Of a stretch of 42,356 nucleotides of DNA, positions 9,394 to 19,247 are shown piece by piece (position 1 is the stretch's first letter; every line of letters begins with the position of its first letter). Source of the stretch: Planctomycetaceae bacterium (GTDB lineage Bacteria > Planctomycetota > Planctomycetia > Planctomycetales > Planctomycetaceae); the NCBI GenBank assembly GCA_019636315.1, contig JAHBXU010000001.1, positions 1 to 42,356 of the forward strand, read 5' to 3'. The translations under genes and the position numbers were made by a program. The notes beneath the pieces are model-generated. The model was given only the letters and a program-made list of their open reading frames with translations, was not told the DNA's origin and searched no databases.

Positions 9394-9618
9394 TGGAGAT
9401 CGTACCTCAGGTACCGCATTGGATCATGGCAACGTCCGTTTGAAGGCAGCTCCCAGCTTTTTCAGGCCCCGTATGAATGTCCTTGTCAAGATTGATACGT
9501 ATGGCCAGGCGGCCGCCTCCTGCGCCAGCGAGCGCCAGGAGCAAGGCATACAAATCGGCCCCATCTCCGTGAATCTCCTGAGCGCCAAGTCGTGCCGCCA
9601 ACTCCGTTTGACGGACTC

Positions 9619-12090
9619 CTAGGAGACAGGACATGGTGTCACTCTCCAAATGTCCCGAGCATATTCCGCAATCGTGCGGTCGCTGGAAAACTTGCCCGAG
9701 CTGGCGACATTCAGAATAGCTTTGTTCGCCCAGCCCTGCGGGTCAGCGTAGAGGTGCCCCAGCCTCTCCTGCGTCTCGCTGTACGACTTGAGGTCCGCCA
9801 GGTGCATGTAATAGTCGCCGTGCGTCAACAGGGCCTCGCGAATGGGATTGAAGACCCCCGGCTCATTGCGGCTGAAATGGTCGGAAAAGATCAGGTCCAG
9901 CGCCCGGCGCGTTTCCGGCTCGTTCTCATAGTGCCACTGCGGATTGTACCAACCGCGGCTATCGGCAACCTCCTCGGCTGTGAGACCGAACAGAAAGAGA
10001 TTCTCTTCCCCGGCTGCCTCAGCCATCTCGATCGTCGCGCCGTCGCGTGTGCCGATCGTCAGCGCACCGTTCATCATGAACTTCATGTTGCCCGTCCCGC
10101 TGGCTTCATAGCCGGCCGTCGAGATCTGTTCGGACAAATCGCTGGCCGGAATCAGGCGCTCGGCCACCGAGACACAATAATCCGGCACAAACACGACTCT
10201 CAGATGCCTGCCCACGGCGGGATCTCCCTTGATGGTGCCGGCCAGATTGTTGATGAACTTGATGATGAGCTTAGCGAGCGCGTAGGCCGGCGCCGCCTTG
10301 CCGGCGAAGAAGAATGTGCGCGGTGCGAACTCGAGGTGTGGATTCTCGCGCAGACGATTGTAGAGCACCACGATGTGCAGGACGTTGAGCAGTTGCCGCT
10401 TATATTCGTGAATGCGTTTGATCTGGCTATCAAAGATTGTGTCGGGGTCTACCACCTCACCGGTTGTCGCCTTGAACCACTCCACAAATCGCATCTTGGC
10501 TTCGCGTTTGGCCTTGCGAAAGCCTTCCTGAAACCCCTTGTCCCTGGCGAGCGGCTTCAATCTGGCTAATTGGCTGAGGTCGGTAATCCAGCCATCGCCG
10601 ATCGCATCAGTAATAAGCTGTGTCAATCCGGGATTGCAGAGCAGCAACCACCGGCGGGGCGTGACGCCGTTGGTTTTGTTGTTGAAACGTGTCGGAAATA
10701 TCTCGGCAAGATCCGGCACAACCCGCGTCCGCAACAGTGTGGAGTGAATGGCGCTGACACCGTTCGTGCTGTGTGAGCCGACGATGGCGAGATTGGCCAT
10801 GCGAACTTTCCGGTCTGTGCCGTCCTCGATGAGACTGACACGGTCAAGGCGTGAACGGTCGTTGGGGACCTGCGTCCGTAGCGAGTCGAGAAAACGCCGG
10901 TTGATCTCGCACATAATCTCCGCCAACCGCGGGAGCAAGACTTCAAACCATCTGAGCGGCCATTTCTCCAATGCTTCAGGCAAGAGGGTATGGTTCGTGT
11001 ACGCGAGCGAGCGCTGCGTCAGGTCCCAGGCTTGCTCCCAGCCGAGGTGCGCCTCATCGAGCAGGATCCGCATGAGCTCGGGCACGGCCATCGCCGGGTG
11101 CGTATCGTTCAGTTGGATCGCGATCTTTTCTGGCAATGCGCTCCAGTCGTTGTTCGTATGCCGGAAGCGGTGGATCAGATCGGCGAGCGAGCAGGCGACG
11201 AGGAAATATTCCTGCAGGAAGCGCAGCCCCTGTCCCATGGACGTCGAATCATCGGGATAGAGTACCCGCGTGAGCGATTCGGCGGTAAGCGTTTCTGCCA
11301 ACGCCCCCGCGAAGTCGCCACGGCTGAATTGTTGAAAGTCAAAGTAGTCCGGACTGGCGGCGGCCCAGAGACGAAGCGTATTGATGGTCTTCCCTCCGTA
11401 GCCGATCACCGGCCGGTCGAACGGGATGCCGAGGAGAATCGACGGTCGGCCGATGATAGGATGCAATTCCCCCGCGCGGAGTTCGAATGAACAGTTGAGC
11501 TTCACTTCAACCGCTTCCTCCAATCGTGCCACTTCCCAGGGATCAGGACGCCGCAGCCAATTGTCGGGCTGCTCGAATTGCCAGCCGTCCTTGATTGTTT
11601 GCTTGAACATGCCGTATTCGTAGCGGAGACCGTAACCCATACCCGGAATCTCAAGCGTTGCCATAGAGTCCAGAAAGCAGGCCGCCAGACGGCCAAGACC
11701 GCCATTCCCGAGTCCGGCATCGGGCTCCATCTCGACCAGGGCCGGATCCACATGGCTCTTCTTCTTCATGATTTCGAGCGAGATCTCCGCCAGTTGCGCA
11801 TTGACGATATTGTTGGCCAGTGAACGCCCCAAAAGGAACTCCATGGAGAGGTAGTAGACCCGCTTCGGATTCTCTCGCTCGTAGGTCTTCTCCGTCAGGA
11901 GCCAGCGCTGCGAAATGACGTCTCGGAGGGTCCGTGCCACTGCCTCAAACTGCTCGCGCGGGCCGGCCTTCTCGGGAACAATGACATTGTCGAACACAAG
12001 ATGCCGGTCGTAGAGTGCATCATCTGTCCCATAGAACTGGACCGGCCCGCATCCATATTGTTCACGAAGCTCGTTGAGGCGCTCGTTCAT
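9619..12090 (-). CDS. glgP: glycogen/alpha-glucan phosphorylase
   Basis: 823 aa. It has the PLP-lysine motif EASGTGNMKFMMNGALTIGTRDGA, the N-terminal YYLSMEFLLGRSL motif and the GLGNGGLGRLAACFLDS motif. Confidence 0.95.
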   Translation of the reverse strand: MNERLNELREQYGCGPVQFYGTDDALYDRHLVFDNVIVPEKAGPREQFEAVARTLRDVISQRWLLTEKTYERENPKRVYYLSMEFLLGRSLANNIVNAQLAEISLEIMKKKSHVDPALVEMEPDAGLGNGGLGRLAACFLDSMATLEIPGMGYGLRYEYGMFKQTIKDGWQFEQPDNWLRRPDPWEVARLEEAVEVKLNCSFELRAGELHPIIGRPSILLGIPFDRPVIGYGGKTINTLRLWAAASPDYFDFQQFSRGDFAGALAETLTAESLTRVLYPDDSTSMGQGLRFLQEYFLVACSLADLIHRFRHTNNDWSALPEKIAIQLNDTHPAMAVPELMRILLDEAHLGWEQAWDLTQRSLAYTNHTLLPEALEKWPLRWFEVLLPRLAEIMCEINRRFLDSLRTQVPNDRSRLDRVSLIEDGTDRKVRMANLAIVGSHSTNGVSAIHSTLLRTRVVPDLAEIFPTRFNNKTNGVTPRRWLLLCNPGLTQLITDAIGDGWITDLSQLARLKPLARDKGFQEGFRKAKREAKMRFVEWFKATTGEVVDPDTIFDSQIKRIHEYKRQLLNVLHIVVLYNRLRENPHLEFAPRTFFFAGKAAPAYALAKLIIKFINNLAGTIKGDPAVGRHLRVVFVPDYCVSVAERLIPASDLSEQISTAGYEASGTGNMKFMMNGALTIGTRDGATIEMAEAAGEENLFLFGLTAEEVADSRGWYNPQWHYENEPETRRALDLIFSDHFSRNEPGVFNPIREALLTHGDYYMHLADLKSYSETQERLGHLYADPQGWANKAILNVASSGKFSSDRTIAEYARDIWRVTPCPVS

Positions 12091-12142
12091 AAGACCTCCG
12101 TCGAAGAACTCAAGAGTGAAGGTCGTCCAGGGAAAAAGTGTC

Positions 12143-14227
12143 TCACTTGGCGTCGCTTGCTCTCAGCGCGAACAAGGCCACCATCGACCGGGGTTGCACC
12201 AGATAGTTGTCACCCGGAACGAACGGCGCATCGGGCCCGTCACAGATGTCATCCGGCGAGTCCAGACAGGTGTCGATCAGGCGACGCCAGCCCTGCTCTG
12301 ACTTCGCCGCGCCCGGCAGTTCGAATGCCAGGGGCTCCCAGTAGGCATTCACGATGACATGGACGAGGAACCGCCCGTCAAGAGTGCCGGCCGTCAAGGC
12401 CAGGCTGTGGGATTCGTCGTTCCAGTCCGGCCGATTGAGCACGATTCCATGCCAGTCGATCCTTGCCCGGCAAAGGATCTCATTCAGAGTCAGACTGCTC
12501 GCCTCTCGCGCCAGTGTACTCCTCAAGCGCAACAAGAGGAGGAACCTCACGAAGCGATGAATGTCGGCATGCTTTCCGAGTCTCGTCCAGTCGAACCAAC
12601 TGATGTCATTGTCCTGGCAATAGGCGTTGTTGTTCCCGCGCTGTGTACGCCGGACTTCGTCGCCCATAAGCAAGATCGGCGCGCCGACGGACAGAAGCGT
12701 CAGCGCCAGGAAGTTTTTCACCTGCCGGTTGCGCAAGCGCTCGATGGACGGGTCGTCGGCCGGACCTTCCACTCCGCAATTCCAGCTCAGGTTGAAGTCG
12801 GTCCCGTCCCGGTTGTCCTCTCCGTTCGCTTCATTGTGTTTCTGGTTGTAGGACACCAGGTCGTTGAGCGTGAATCCGTCGTGACAGGTCACGAAATTGA
12901 GGCTCTGCTCGGGTTCTCGCTCCTTGTGCCCATAGAGGTCAGGACTGCCTAACAATCGTCGGGCCACCCGCCTCACCGTGCCGTTGTCTCCCTTCATGAA
13001 GCTGCGGACGTCATCCCTGAATTGGCCGTTCCACTCTTTCCAACTGTCTCCAATAAACGAGCCAACCTGGTACAGGCCCGCCGCGTCCCAGGCCTCCGCG
13101 ATCAGCTTCGTTCCGGCTAGGCACGGATCCGATTCGATGTCCCACAGGATGGGGGGATTCTTCAACGGCCGGCCATCCTCGTCGCGGGAGAGGATCGAGG
13201 CCAAATCGAAGCGAAAGCCGTCTACGTGCATCGACTCCACCCAGTAGCGCAGGCTGTCGAGGATCAACCGGCGGACAATCGGTTGATTCGCGTTCAAGGT
13301 GTTCCCGGTGCCGGTATAGTCGGCATAGCGTGACCGGTCCTCCTCCAGCATGTAATACGCCGCGTTTTCCAGGCCGCGATAGCAGAGCGTCGGGCCTGCG
13401 TGGTCTCCTTCCGCCGTATGGTTGAACACGACATCGAGGATGATCTCGATGCCCGCCCGATGAAGCGCCTTGACCATGTCGCGAAACTCGTCCATCGGGC
13501 CCAAGTGATCTTTGCGGGAACTATACCCGTGGTGCGGCACGAAGAATGAGATGGGGCTGTAGCCCCAGTAATTGACGAGACCCCTCGGAGCGTCCTGTTC
13601 GTCGAACTGGAACAGGGGCAGCAACTCCACTGCGGTGACGCCGAGATCCTGCAGGTACGGAATCTTGTCGATCAATCCTCGATACGTACCGCGCGTTTCG
13701 TGAGAGAGACCGGAACTGGGATGGCGGGTAAACCCGCGCACGTGCAACTCATAGATCACAGTCTTGGCAAACGGCCGTTTCAGCGGGATATCTCCCTCCC
13801 AGTCATATCTGGTGGGATCGACGACTATGCTCTTCATCGCAGTTGCGCAATTGTCACCCGGTACGGACGCGTTGACGCGGCTGTAGCAGGCCGGCATAGC
13901 CAGCGCCTTCCCGTATGGGTCAAGCAACAGCTTGCGTGAGTCAAACCGCAATCCATGTTGCGGCTCGGAAGGTCCGAACGCCCGATAGCCATAGATCTGG
14001 CCGGCCTGAATACCGGGCACGAAGATATGCCAATAGTGGTATGTCCGGTTCCACCGGGGATTGAGGGCCATCACTGTCGCTGGCTTCGCATCGTCCGTGT
14101 GATCGAACAGCAGCAGTTCCACAAGGGTGCTGTTCTTTGAGAACAGGCTGAAATTGACCCCGTCGGGGCAGACCGTCGAGCCGAGAGGAAAACTTTCACC
14201 CTGTTGGATCACCCGTTTCTGCTCCAT
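12143..14227 (-). CDS. glgX: glycogen debranching enzyme (isoamylase-type, GH13)
   Basis: GH13 conserved regions are present: [24 protein letters not shown] and [16 protein letters not shown]. The track ORF starts with TTG at 14233. The first ATG is at 14227 and overlaps the phosphoketolase 3' end by 19 nt. Confidence 0.9.
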   Translation of the reverse strand: MEQKRVIQQGESFPLGSTVCPDGVNFSLFSKNSTLVELLLFDHTDDAKPATVMALNPRWNRTYHYWHIFVPGIQAGQIYGYRAFGPSEPQHGLRFDSRKLLLDPYGKALAMPACYSRVNASVPGDNCATAMKSIVVDPTRYDWEGDIPLKRPFAKTVIYELHVRGFTRHPSSGLSHETRGTYRGLIDKIPYLQDLGVTAVELLPLFQFDEQDAPRGLVNYWGYSPISFFVPHHGYSSRKDHLGPMDEFRDMVKALHRAGIEIILDVVFNHTAEGDHAGPTLCYRGLENAAYYMLEEDRSRYADYTGTGNTLNANQPIVRRLILDSLRYWVESMHVDGFRFDLASILSRDEDGRPLKNPPILWDIESDPCLAGTKLIAEAWDAAGLYQVGSFIGDSWKEWNGQFRDDVRSFMKGDNGTVRRVARRLLGSPDLYGHKEREPEQSLNFVTCHDGFTLNDLVSYNQKHNEANGEDNRDGTDFNLSWNCGVEGPADDPSIERLRNRQVKNFLALTLLSVGAPILLMGDEVRRTQRGNNNAYCQDNDISWFDWTRLGKHADIHRFVRFLLLLRLRSTLAREASSLTLNEILCRARIDWHGIVLNRPDWNDESHSLALTAGTLDGRFLVHVIVNAYWEPLAFELPGAAKSEQGWRRLIDTCLDSPDDICDGPDAPFVPGDNYLVQPRSMVALFALRASDAK

Positions 14228-16584
14228 TTCCAATCACGCACCTCAGGCATATCGTCGCCGTGCGTTGCGATGTACTGTTTGTGTTCAAGCAGCTTCTCGC
14301 GGATCGCCTGTTTGGCGTAGGCCGCCCGTGACCCGAGCTGCGGCAGCCGATCGATCACATCCCCGACTAGATGGAACCGATCGAGGTCGTTCATCACGAC
14401 CATATCGAACGGGGTCGAGGTCGTCCCTTCTTCCTTGTAGCCGCGCACGTGCAAATGCGGGTGATTGGTCCGCCGATAGGTCAGTCGGTGAATCAGCCAC
14501 GGGTATCCATGGAAGGCGAAGATGATCGGTTTGTCGGTCGTGAAGAGCGCATCGAATTCTTTGTCGCTCAATCCATGGGGATGCTCCTTTGGCGGCTGGA
14601 GTTTCATGAGGTTCACCACATTGATGACGCGAATTTTCAGTTGCGGCAGATGGCGGCGGAGCAGGTCTGTTGCGGCCAGTGTTTCGAGCGTCGGCACGTC
14701 ACCGCAACAGGCCATCACCACGTCGGGCTCGCTTCCCCTGTCGTTGCTGGCCCATTCCCAGATCCCGAGGCCGGCGGAGCAATGTTTGACGGCGGCGTCC
14801 ATCGTGAGCCACTGCGGAGCCGGTTGCTTCCCCGCGACGACCACGTTGACGTAGTTGCGGCTGCGGAGGCAGTGATCGGTGACCGACAACAGGCAGTTGG
14901 CGTCGGGGGGGAAATAGACCCGGATAACCTCCGCCTTCTTGTTGACGACATGGTCGATGAACCCGGGGTCCTGGTGACTGAATCCATTGTGATCCTGCCG
15001 CCAGACATGGGAGGACAACAGATAATTGAGCGAAGCAATCGGTCGCCGCCATGGAATGTGGTTGCAGACCTTCAGCCACTTGGCATGTTGATTGAACATC
15101 GAATCCACGATGTGAATGAAGGCTTCGTAGCAGGAGAAGAACCCGTGCCGGCCGGTCAGGAGGTACCCCTCCAGCCATCCCTGGCACTGGTGTTCGCTCA
15201 AGATCTCCATCACCCGACCATCCGGCGCCAGGTGGTCGTCGTAGGGATAGCGATCCGCCATCCAGGTGCGGTTGGTGACCTCCAAGACGTCTTGCCAGCG
15301 GTTCGAGTTGTTCTCGTCCGGGCTGAAGAGGCGGAAGTTTCGACCTTCCATATTCAGCTTCATCGTGTCCCGCAGGAATTTCCCCATCAGGCGGGTGGAC
15401 TCGGCCACGATCGCACCCGGTTTTGTCACCTTCACGGCATAGTCACGAAAATCCGGCAGACATAAGTCCCTGAGCAGCAGTCCGCCGTTCGCGTGCGGAT
15501 TTGCGCTCATCCGCCGCGTTCCCTTGGGAGCCAGTTCGCTGAGTTCTGGCTTGAGTCGTCCGGTCTTATCGAACAGTTCCTTCGGCTTGTAACTCTTCAT
15601 CCATTTTTCGAGGGTCTTGATGTGCGATGGTTTGTCCATGTCCCCCATCGGGACTTGGTGAGAACGCCAGTAATCCTCGGTCCGCTTGCCGTCGATCTGT
15701 TTCGGACCGGTCCAGCCTTTCGGCGTCCGGAGCACGATCATGGGCCAGAGCGGACGTGCGTGGGCGCCCCCTCGGCGCGCGCGGGCCTTGATGCGCCGAA
15801 TGTCCTCCAGAACGGCGTCGAGCGCGGCGGCCATGAGCTGATGCATCGTCCTGGGATCACGCCCTTCGACGAAATAGGGGGTGTAGCCGTACCCGCGAAA
15901 CAGGTGATCCAGTTCGTCGTGACTGATACGGGCCAGCACGGTGGGATTCGCGATCTTGTATCCGTTTAGATGGAGAATGGGAAGGACGACCCCGTCGGTG
16001 ACCGGATTCAGAAACTTGTTGGAATGCCAACTCGTCGCGAGCGGACCGGTTTCCGCTTCACCGTCGCCCACCACGGCGGCGACGATCAAATCCGGATTGT
16101 CGAACGCGGCCCCATACGCATGCGAGAGGGAGTAACCCAGCTCGCCGCCCTCGTGAATGGAGCCGGGGGTTTCCGGCGCGACGTGACTCGGAATTCCACC
16201 GGGGAACGAGAACTGGGTGAACAGCCGCTTCATGCCGTCCTCATCCTGTGAGATGTTCGGGTACACCTCGCTATATGTCCCTTCAAGGTAGGCGTTGGCC
16301 ACCAGCCCCGGTCCGCCATGTCCTGGGCCGGCGATATAGATGACGTTCAGGTCCTGTTCCTTGATGAGGCGGTTGAGATGCACATAGATGAGGTTCAGAC
16401 CCGGGGTCGTGCCCCAATGACCCAGCAACCGCGGTTTGATGTGCGTGCGCTTCAGCGGCTGTTTCAGCAACGGATTGTCGTACAGGTAAATCTGACCGAC
16501 GGAGAGATAATTGGCCGCGCGCCAGTACGCGTCTATCTTCCGCAGCATCTCAGGGCTCAGTGGACTTTGCGACGCTCTGCTCAT
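14209..16584 (-). CDS. xfp: xylulose-5-phosphate/fructose-6-phosphate phosphoketolase
   Basis: 791 aa. It has the characteristic N-terminus ([24 protein letters not shown]), the TPP-binding region ([15 protein letters not shown]) and [24 protein letters not shown] Shine-Dalgarno lies upstream. Confidence 0.95.
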   Translation of the reverse strand: MSRASQSPLSPEMLRKIDAYWRAANYLSVGQIYLYDNPLLKQPLKRTHIKPRLLGHWGTTPGLNLIYVHLNRLIKEQDLNVIYIAGPGHGGPGLVANAYLEGTYSEVYPNISQDEDGMKRLFTQFSFPGGIPSHVAPETPGSIHEGGELGYSLSHAYGAAFDNPDLIVAAVVGDGEAETGPLATSWHSNKFLNPVTDGVVLPILHLNGYKIANPTVLARISHDELDHLFRGYGYTPYFVEGRDPRTMHQLMAAALDAVLEDIRRIKARARRGGAHARPLWPMIVLRTPKGWTGPKQIDGKRTEDYWRSHQVPMGDMDKPSHIKTLEKWMKSYKPKELFDKTGRLKPELSELAPKGTRRMSANPHANGGLLLRDLCLPDFRDYAVKVTKPGAIVAESTRLMGKFLRDTMKLNMEGRNFRLFSPDENNSNRWQDVLEVTNRTWMADRYPYDDHLAPDGRVMEILSEHQCQGWLEGYLLTGRHGFFSCYEAFIHIVDSMFNQHAKWLKVCNHIPWRRPIASLNYLLSSHVWRQDHNGFSHQDPGFIDHVVNKKAEVIRVYFPPDANCLLSVTDHCLRSRNYVNVVVAGKQPAPQWLTMDAAVKHCSAGLGIWEWASNDRGSEPDVVMACCGDVPTLETLAATDLLRRHLPQLKIRVINVVNLMKLQPPKEHPHGLSDKEFDALFTTDKPIIFAFHGYPWLIHRLTYRRTNHPHLHVRGYKEEGTTSTPFDMVVMNDLDRFHLVGDVIDRLPQLGSRAAYAKQAIREKLLEHKQYIATHGDDMPEVRDWKWSRNG

Positions 16585-16620
16585 AGGCTTGACTCCTTCC
16601 CCTCTTTCTTCCCCTCTGGC

Positions 16621-16965
16621 TTATTGAGAGAGAGACCGCAGATACGCGAGCACTTCACGGGCCTCCTCATCGGAAAGGACGTACTTCCACCTTCCCATCG
16701 CCGTATTCCGTCGCCCCTCATGAATGGTCCTGAGCAAGGCGGCGTCAAGTTTTTCCTGAACCGCGGGGGAGGTCAGGTCGGCCGGTGGTGGATTGAACAG
16801 ACGATAGCCATCCCCCTTGCCTCCCTGGCCATGACACACCATACAGTGCTCCTCGAACAGCCGCTTTCCTTTGGAGGCACCGCCTTCGGCAGCCCACAGG
16901 CCGCATCCCTGGACTGCCCCAATGAGTGTGAGTAGGATAAACAGCGCACGAGCCAACGCATTCAT
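16621..16965 (-). CDS. secreted monoheme class I c-type cytochrome
   Basis: 114 aa. It has an N-terminal signal peptide (MNALARALFILLTLIGAVQG), a single CMVCH heme-binding motif and a candidate distal Met in NTAMGRW. Confidence 0.8.
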   Translation of the reverse strand: MNALARALFILLTLIGAVQGCGLWAAEGGASKGKRLFEEHCMVCHGQGGKGDGYRLFNPPPADLTSPAVQEKLDAALLRTIHEGRRNTAMGRWKYVLSDEEAREVLAYLRSLSQ

Positions 16966-17051
16966 GTCTTATTCCATTTCGCCGATCGTCCGTGATATCG
17001 GCAATCGTTTTCTCTCATACATGTTCGCTTATTTGGACGAGCGGCTCTCGA

Positions 17052-17969
17052 TCACAGCTGCAGGTAGAACCCAAATCCCACCGTCTCGACTTTCTGCGCG
17101 AAGAACTGCCCATAGGGATTGAAGCCGTGATAGTAATTCACCAGGAAGCGGAAGCGGCGACTCGATCCCTGTCTCGACCACTCGATCCCGCCGACGACAT
17201 TGGCATTGATCACCCAGTTCAACTCCTCGAATGACTTGAAGTCCGCCCCGAGCACCGGCGTGACGAGAAACCCTGCCAGCGCCCGTCCAAGGATCGGTGA
17301 TGGAATGGTGGGGCCGCGCAACTCGACTCCCCACTGCACGCGATTCCGGTCGAGCGAGGCCGGTTCGCGATGGACCAAATACCCTCCGCCCGCGTACAAC
17401 CTCCCCCACCGGTAGTCGTAGGAAACCAGCGCTTCCAGTTCTTCAAAACTCAGATTCAACCGGTTGAACCCCGGCCGGCCCAGCAGGAACTCATCGCCGA
17501 GGTGACTGCTTTGGTGATAGAGACGGACTCTCGTCGACCAGCCCCCGGATCGCCAGGACAGGGGAACGCCCACGACATAGTCGGTGTTGATGAGATCCGA
17601 CGAGGGCGCGCTCAGGTCGAATTGGGAAAACACCCCGGCGAGAAGACCGACTTGCCATCCGTTACAACCCTCTCGCCTCGTATAGAACCCGAAGTTTTCC
17701 CCGAACCCCACTGACCCGATATTGGCATGGGTCCCATCCGTCCTCGCGCGGGCAGCCAGGTAGCTGGCAAAGAACTGCGGTTGTTTCGGATCGGCCATCA
17801 AGGGTCGAAAGACGTCGTCTGTGGGAAATGCCGCGCCGGTCACGCCTTCGGTCGCATACTCATAACGGCAATCGACGGCTTGCCCGGCCGGCGGTTCGTC
17901 CGCGAGAACCGGCCCCGCCGTGGCCACCGCCAGCGCCAGTATCCCCACAGCCCATCGTCCTTGTCTCAT
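17052..17969 (-). CDS. outer-membrane beta-barrel-like protein, DUF1207-like
   Basis: The internal ATG at 17969 has a GAGGTG Shine-Dalgarno and gives a signal peptide (MRQGRWAVGILALAVATAGPVLA). The FRPLMADPKQPQFFASY motif resembles the F-x-P-L-x-A-D-P-x-x-P hallmark I recall for DUF1207. The protein shows an alternating beta-strand pattern and a C-terminal aromatic residue (YLQL). Confidence 0.55.
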   Translation of the reverse strand: MRQGRWAVGILALAVATAGPVLADEPPAGQAVDCRYEYATEGVTGAAFPTDDVFRPLMADPKQPQFFASYLAARARTDGTHANIGSVGFGENFGFYTRREGCNGWQVGLLAGVFSQFDLSAPSSDLINTDYVVGVPLSWRSGGWSTRVRLYHQSSHLGDEFLLGRPGFNRLNLSFEELEALVSYDYRWGRLYAGGGYLVHREPASLDRNRVQWGVELRGPTIPSPILGRALAGFLVTPVLGADFKSFEELNWVINANVVGGIEWSRQGSSRRFRFLVNYYHGFNPYGQFFAQKVETVGFGFYLQL

Positions 17970-18041
17970 GTTCGAAACACCTCGCATCGCGCGACTCATT
18001 GGAACTGGCGCCCAAAGCGCCACATGTCGAAGCCGAACAAC

Positions 18042-18063
18042 GAACCGCCCAGGAACCGCCCAG
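18042..18063. repeat. perfect tandem duplication of an 11-bp unit (gaaccgcccag x2)
   Basis: Read directly: 18042..18052 equals 18053..18063. It lies in the intergenic spacer between the ABC-2 permease and the DUF1207-like gene. Confidence 0.9.
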
Positions 18064-18116
18064 CAGCGCCATGGCAGGTATGAAGTCCCACAAGGTATGT
18101 CGAGGCCACCTCTCCC

Positions 18117-19247
18117 TCAACTCTGCGAGGCAAGGCTCGCCCGAAAGCGCAGCAGAGCGCCGACAAAAAACGCCGTTCCTATACCCATAATGGCGGTCAA
18201 CTGTGGCCACACCACGTCCACACCGGCGCCCCGGTACAGGATCGCCTGCGCCAAAGCTGTAAAATGCGTGGTCGGCGCGGCCAGCATGATGTTCTGTACG
18301 ATCTCCGGCATGCTCTCGCGTGGCGTGATCCCGCCGGACAACATTTGCAACGGCAGGACCACGAGAATCATCAGCAATCCGAACTGCGGCATGGAGCGGG
18401 CGACCGTAGCCATGAGAATGCCCATCGAGGTCGTGGAAAACAGATGGAGCATGGCGCCGAACAGGAACAAGGGGACGGAACCGACGATGGGAACGCCCAA
18501 AGCCCCTTGCACGACAAACCGCAAGGACAGCGCGGCACAGACGAGCACGACGAGGCCGTTCGCCCACACCTTGGCCGCCATGACCTCAAACGGGATGAGC
18601 GGCATGACCAGCAGGTGCTCGAGTGTGCCGTGTTCACGCTCACGAATCAGGGCGGCGCCGGTCAGGATGATCGACAGCATGGTCACCTGGCTGATGATCT
18701 CCATCACGCCGCCGAACCAGATGCCGTTCAGGTTGGGATTGAACTTCACACGTGTCGCGAGCGTAATTGGCAGCACGGTCCCGGTCCGATGGCGCTGGGC
18801 AAACTCGGTGATTTCCCCCGTCACAATGCTTTGGATGTAATTCGCGCCGATGAAGGCCTGCGTCATCCGCGTGGCATCGATGTTGACCTGGATCGAAGGC
18901 TGCTTGCCGGCGAGCACGTCTCTCTGAAAGTCCGGAGGGATATCGAGGACAAATGTGTATTCCCCGGCATCCAGGCCCCGGTCGATCTCATCCATCGAGA
19001 TCACCCGGGGTGGTTTGAAATAGGGACCATAAAAAGCGCTGATGATGCGAGCCGAGAGCGGCGACTGATCCTCGTCGACGATACCGATCGGTGCGTTATG
19101 CAACTCTCGGGATTGCGCCGTCGCAGCCGAATAAATCATGATCGAGAAACTCGAGAGGATGAAGAAGACCAGAATCTTGTCATGCCACAGGCTGCGCAAC
19201 TCTTTAAGCCCCAGTTGGATGATATTGGATAAGTGCTTCATCTTCAT
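18117..19247 (-). CDS. ABC-2 type transporter permease (YhhJ-like)
   Basis: 376 aa. It has an N-terminal TM helix, a large periplasmic loop and then five or more TM helices, as in the YhhJ/YbhR/YbhS families. The start overlaps the upstream stop (ATGA at 19244..19247). Confidence 0.85.
   Translation of the reverse strand: MKMKHLSNIIQLGLKELRSLWHDKILVFFILSSFSIMIYSAATAQSRELHNAPIGIVDEDQSPLSARIISAFYGPYFKPPRVISMDEIDRGLDAGEYTFVLDIPPDFQRDVLAGKQPSIQVNIDATRMTQAFIGANYIQSIVTGEITEFAQRHRTGTVLPITLATRVKFNPNLNGIWFGGVMEIISQVTMLSIILTGAALIREREHGTLEHLLVMPLIPFEVMAAKVWANGLVVLVCAALSLRFVVQGALGVPIVGSVPLFLFGAMLHLFSTTSMGILMATVARSMPQFGLLMILVVLPLQMLSGGITPRESMPEIVQNIMLAAPTTHFTALAQAILYRGAGVDVVWPQLTAIMGIGTAFFVGALLRFRASLASQS

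Noticed and set aside
14371-15465. Long plus-strand ORFs. Examples are 14371..15465 (364 aa), 34307..35425 (372 aa), 9592..10569 (325 aa), 18264..19232 (322 aa), 17920..18840 (306 aa), 8641..9495 (284 aa) and 7126..7959 (277 aa).
   Set aside because: Each lies entirely antisense to a minus-strand gene with unmistakable family motifs (xfp, OFOR beta/alpha, glgP, ABC-2 permease, GH65). Their translations are Arg/Gly/Pro/His-rich with no recognisable motifs. This is the usual shadow-ORF effect in GC-rich DNA.
17860-18567. Minus-strand alternative-frame ORFs inside real genes. Examples are 17860..18567 (235 aa), 39936..40625 (229 aa) and 14699..15187 (162 aa).
   Set aside because: They are out of frame with well-supported genes on the same strand (ABC-2 permease/DUF1207-like, GT39, xfp). 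They are Arg/Gly-rich and I recognise no motifs in them.
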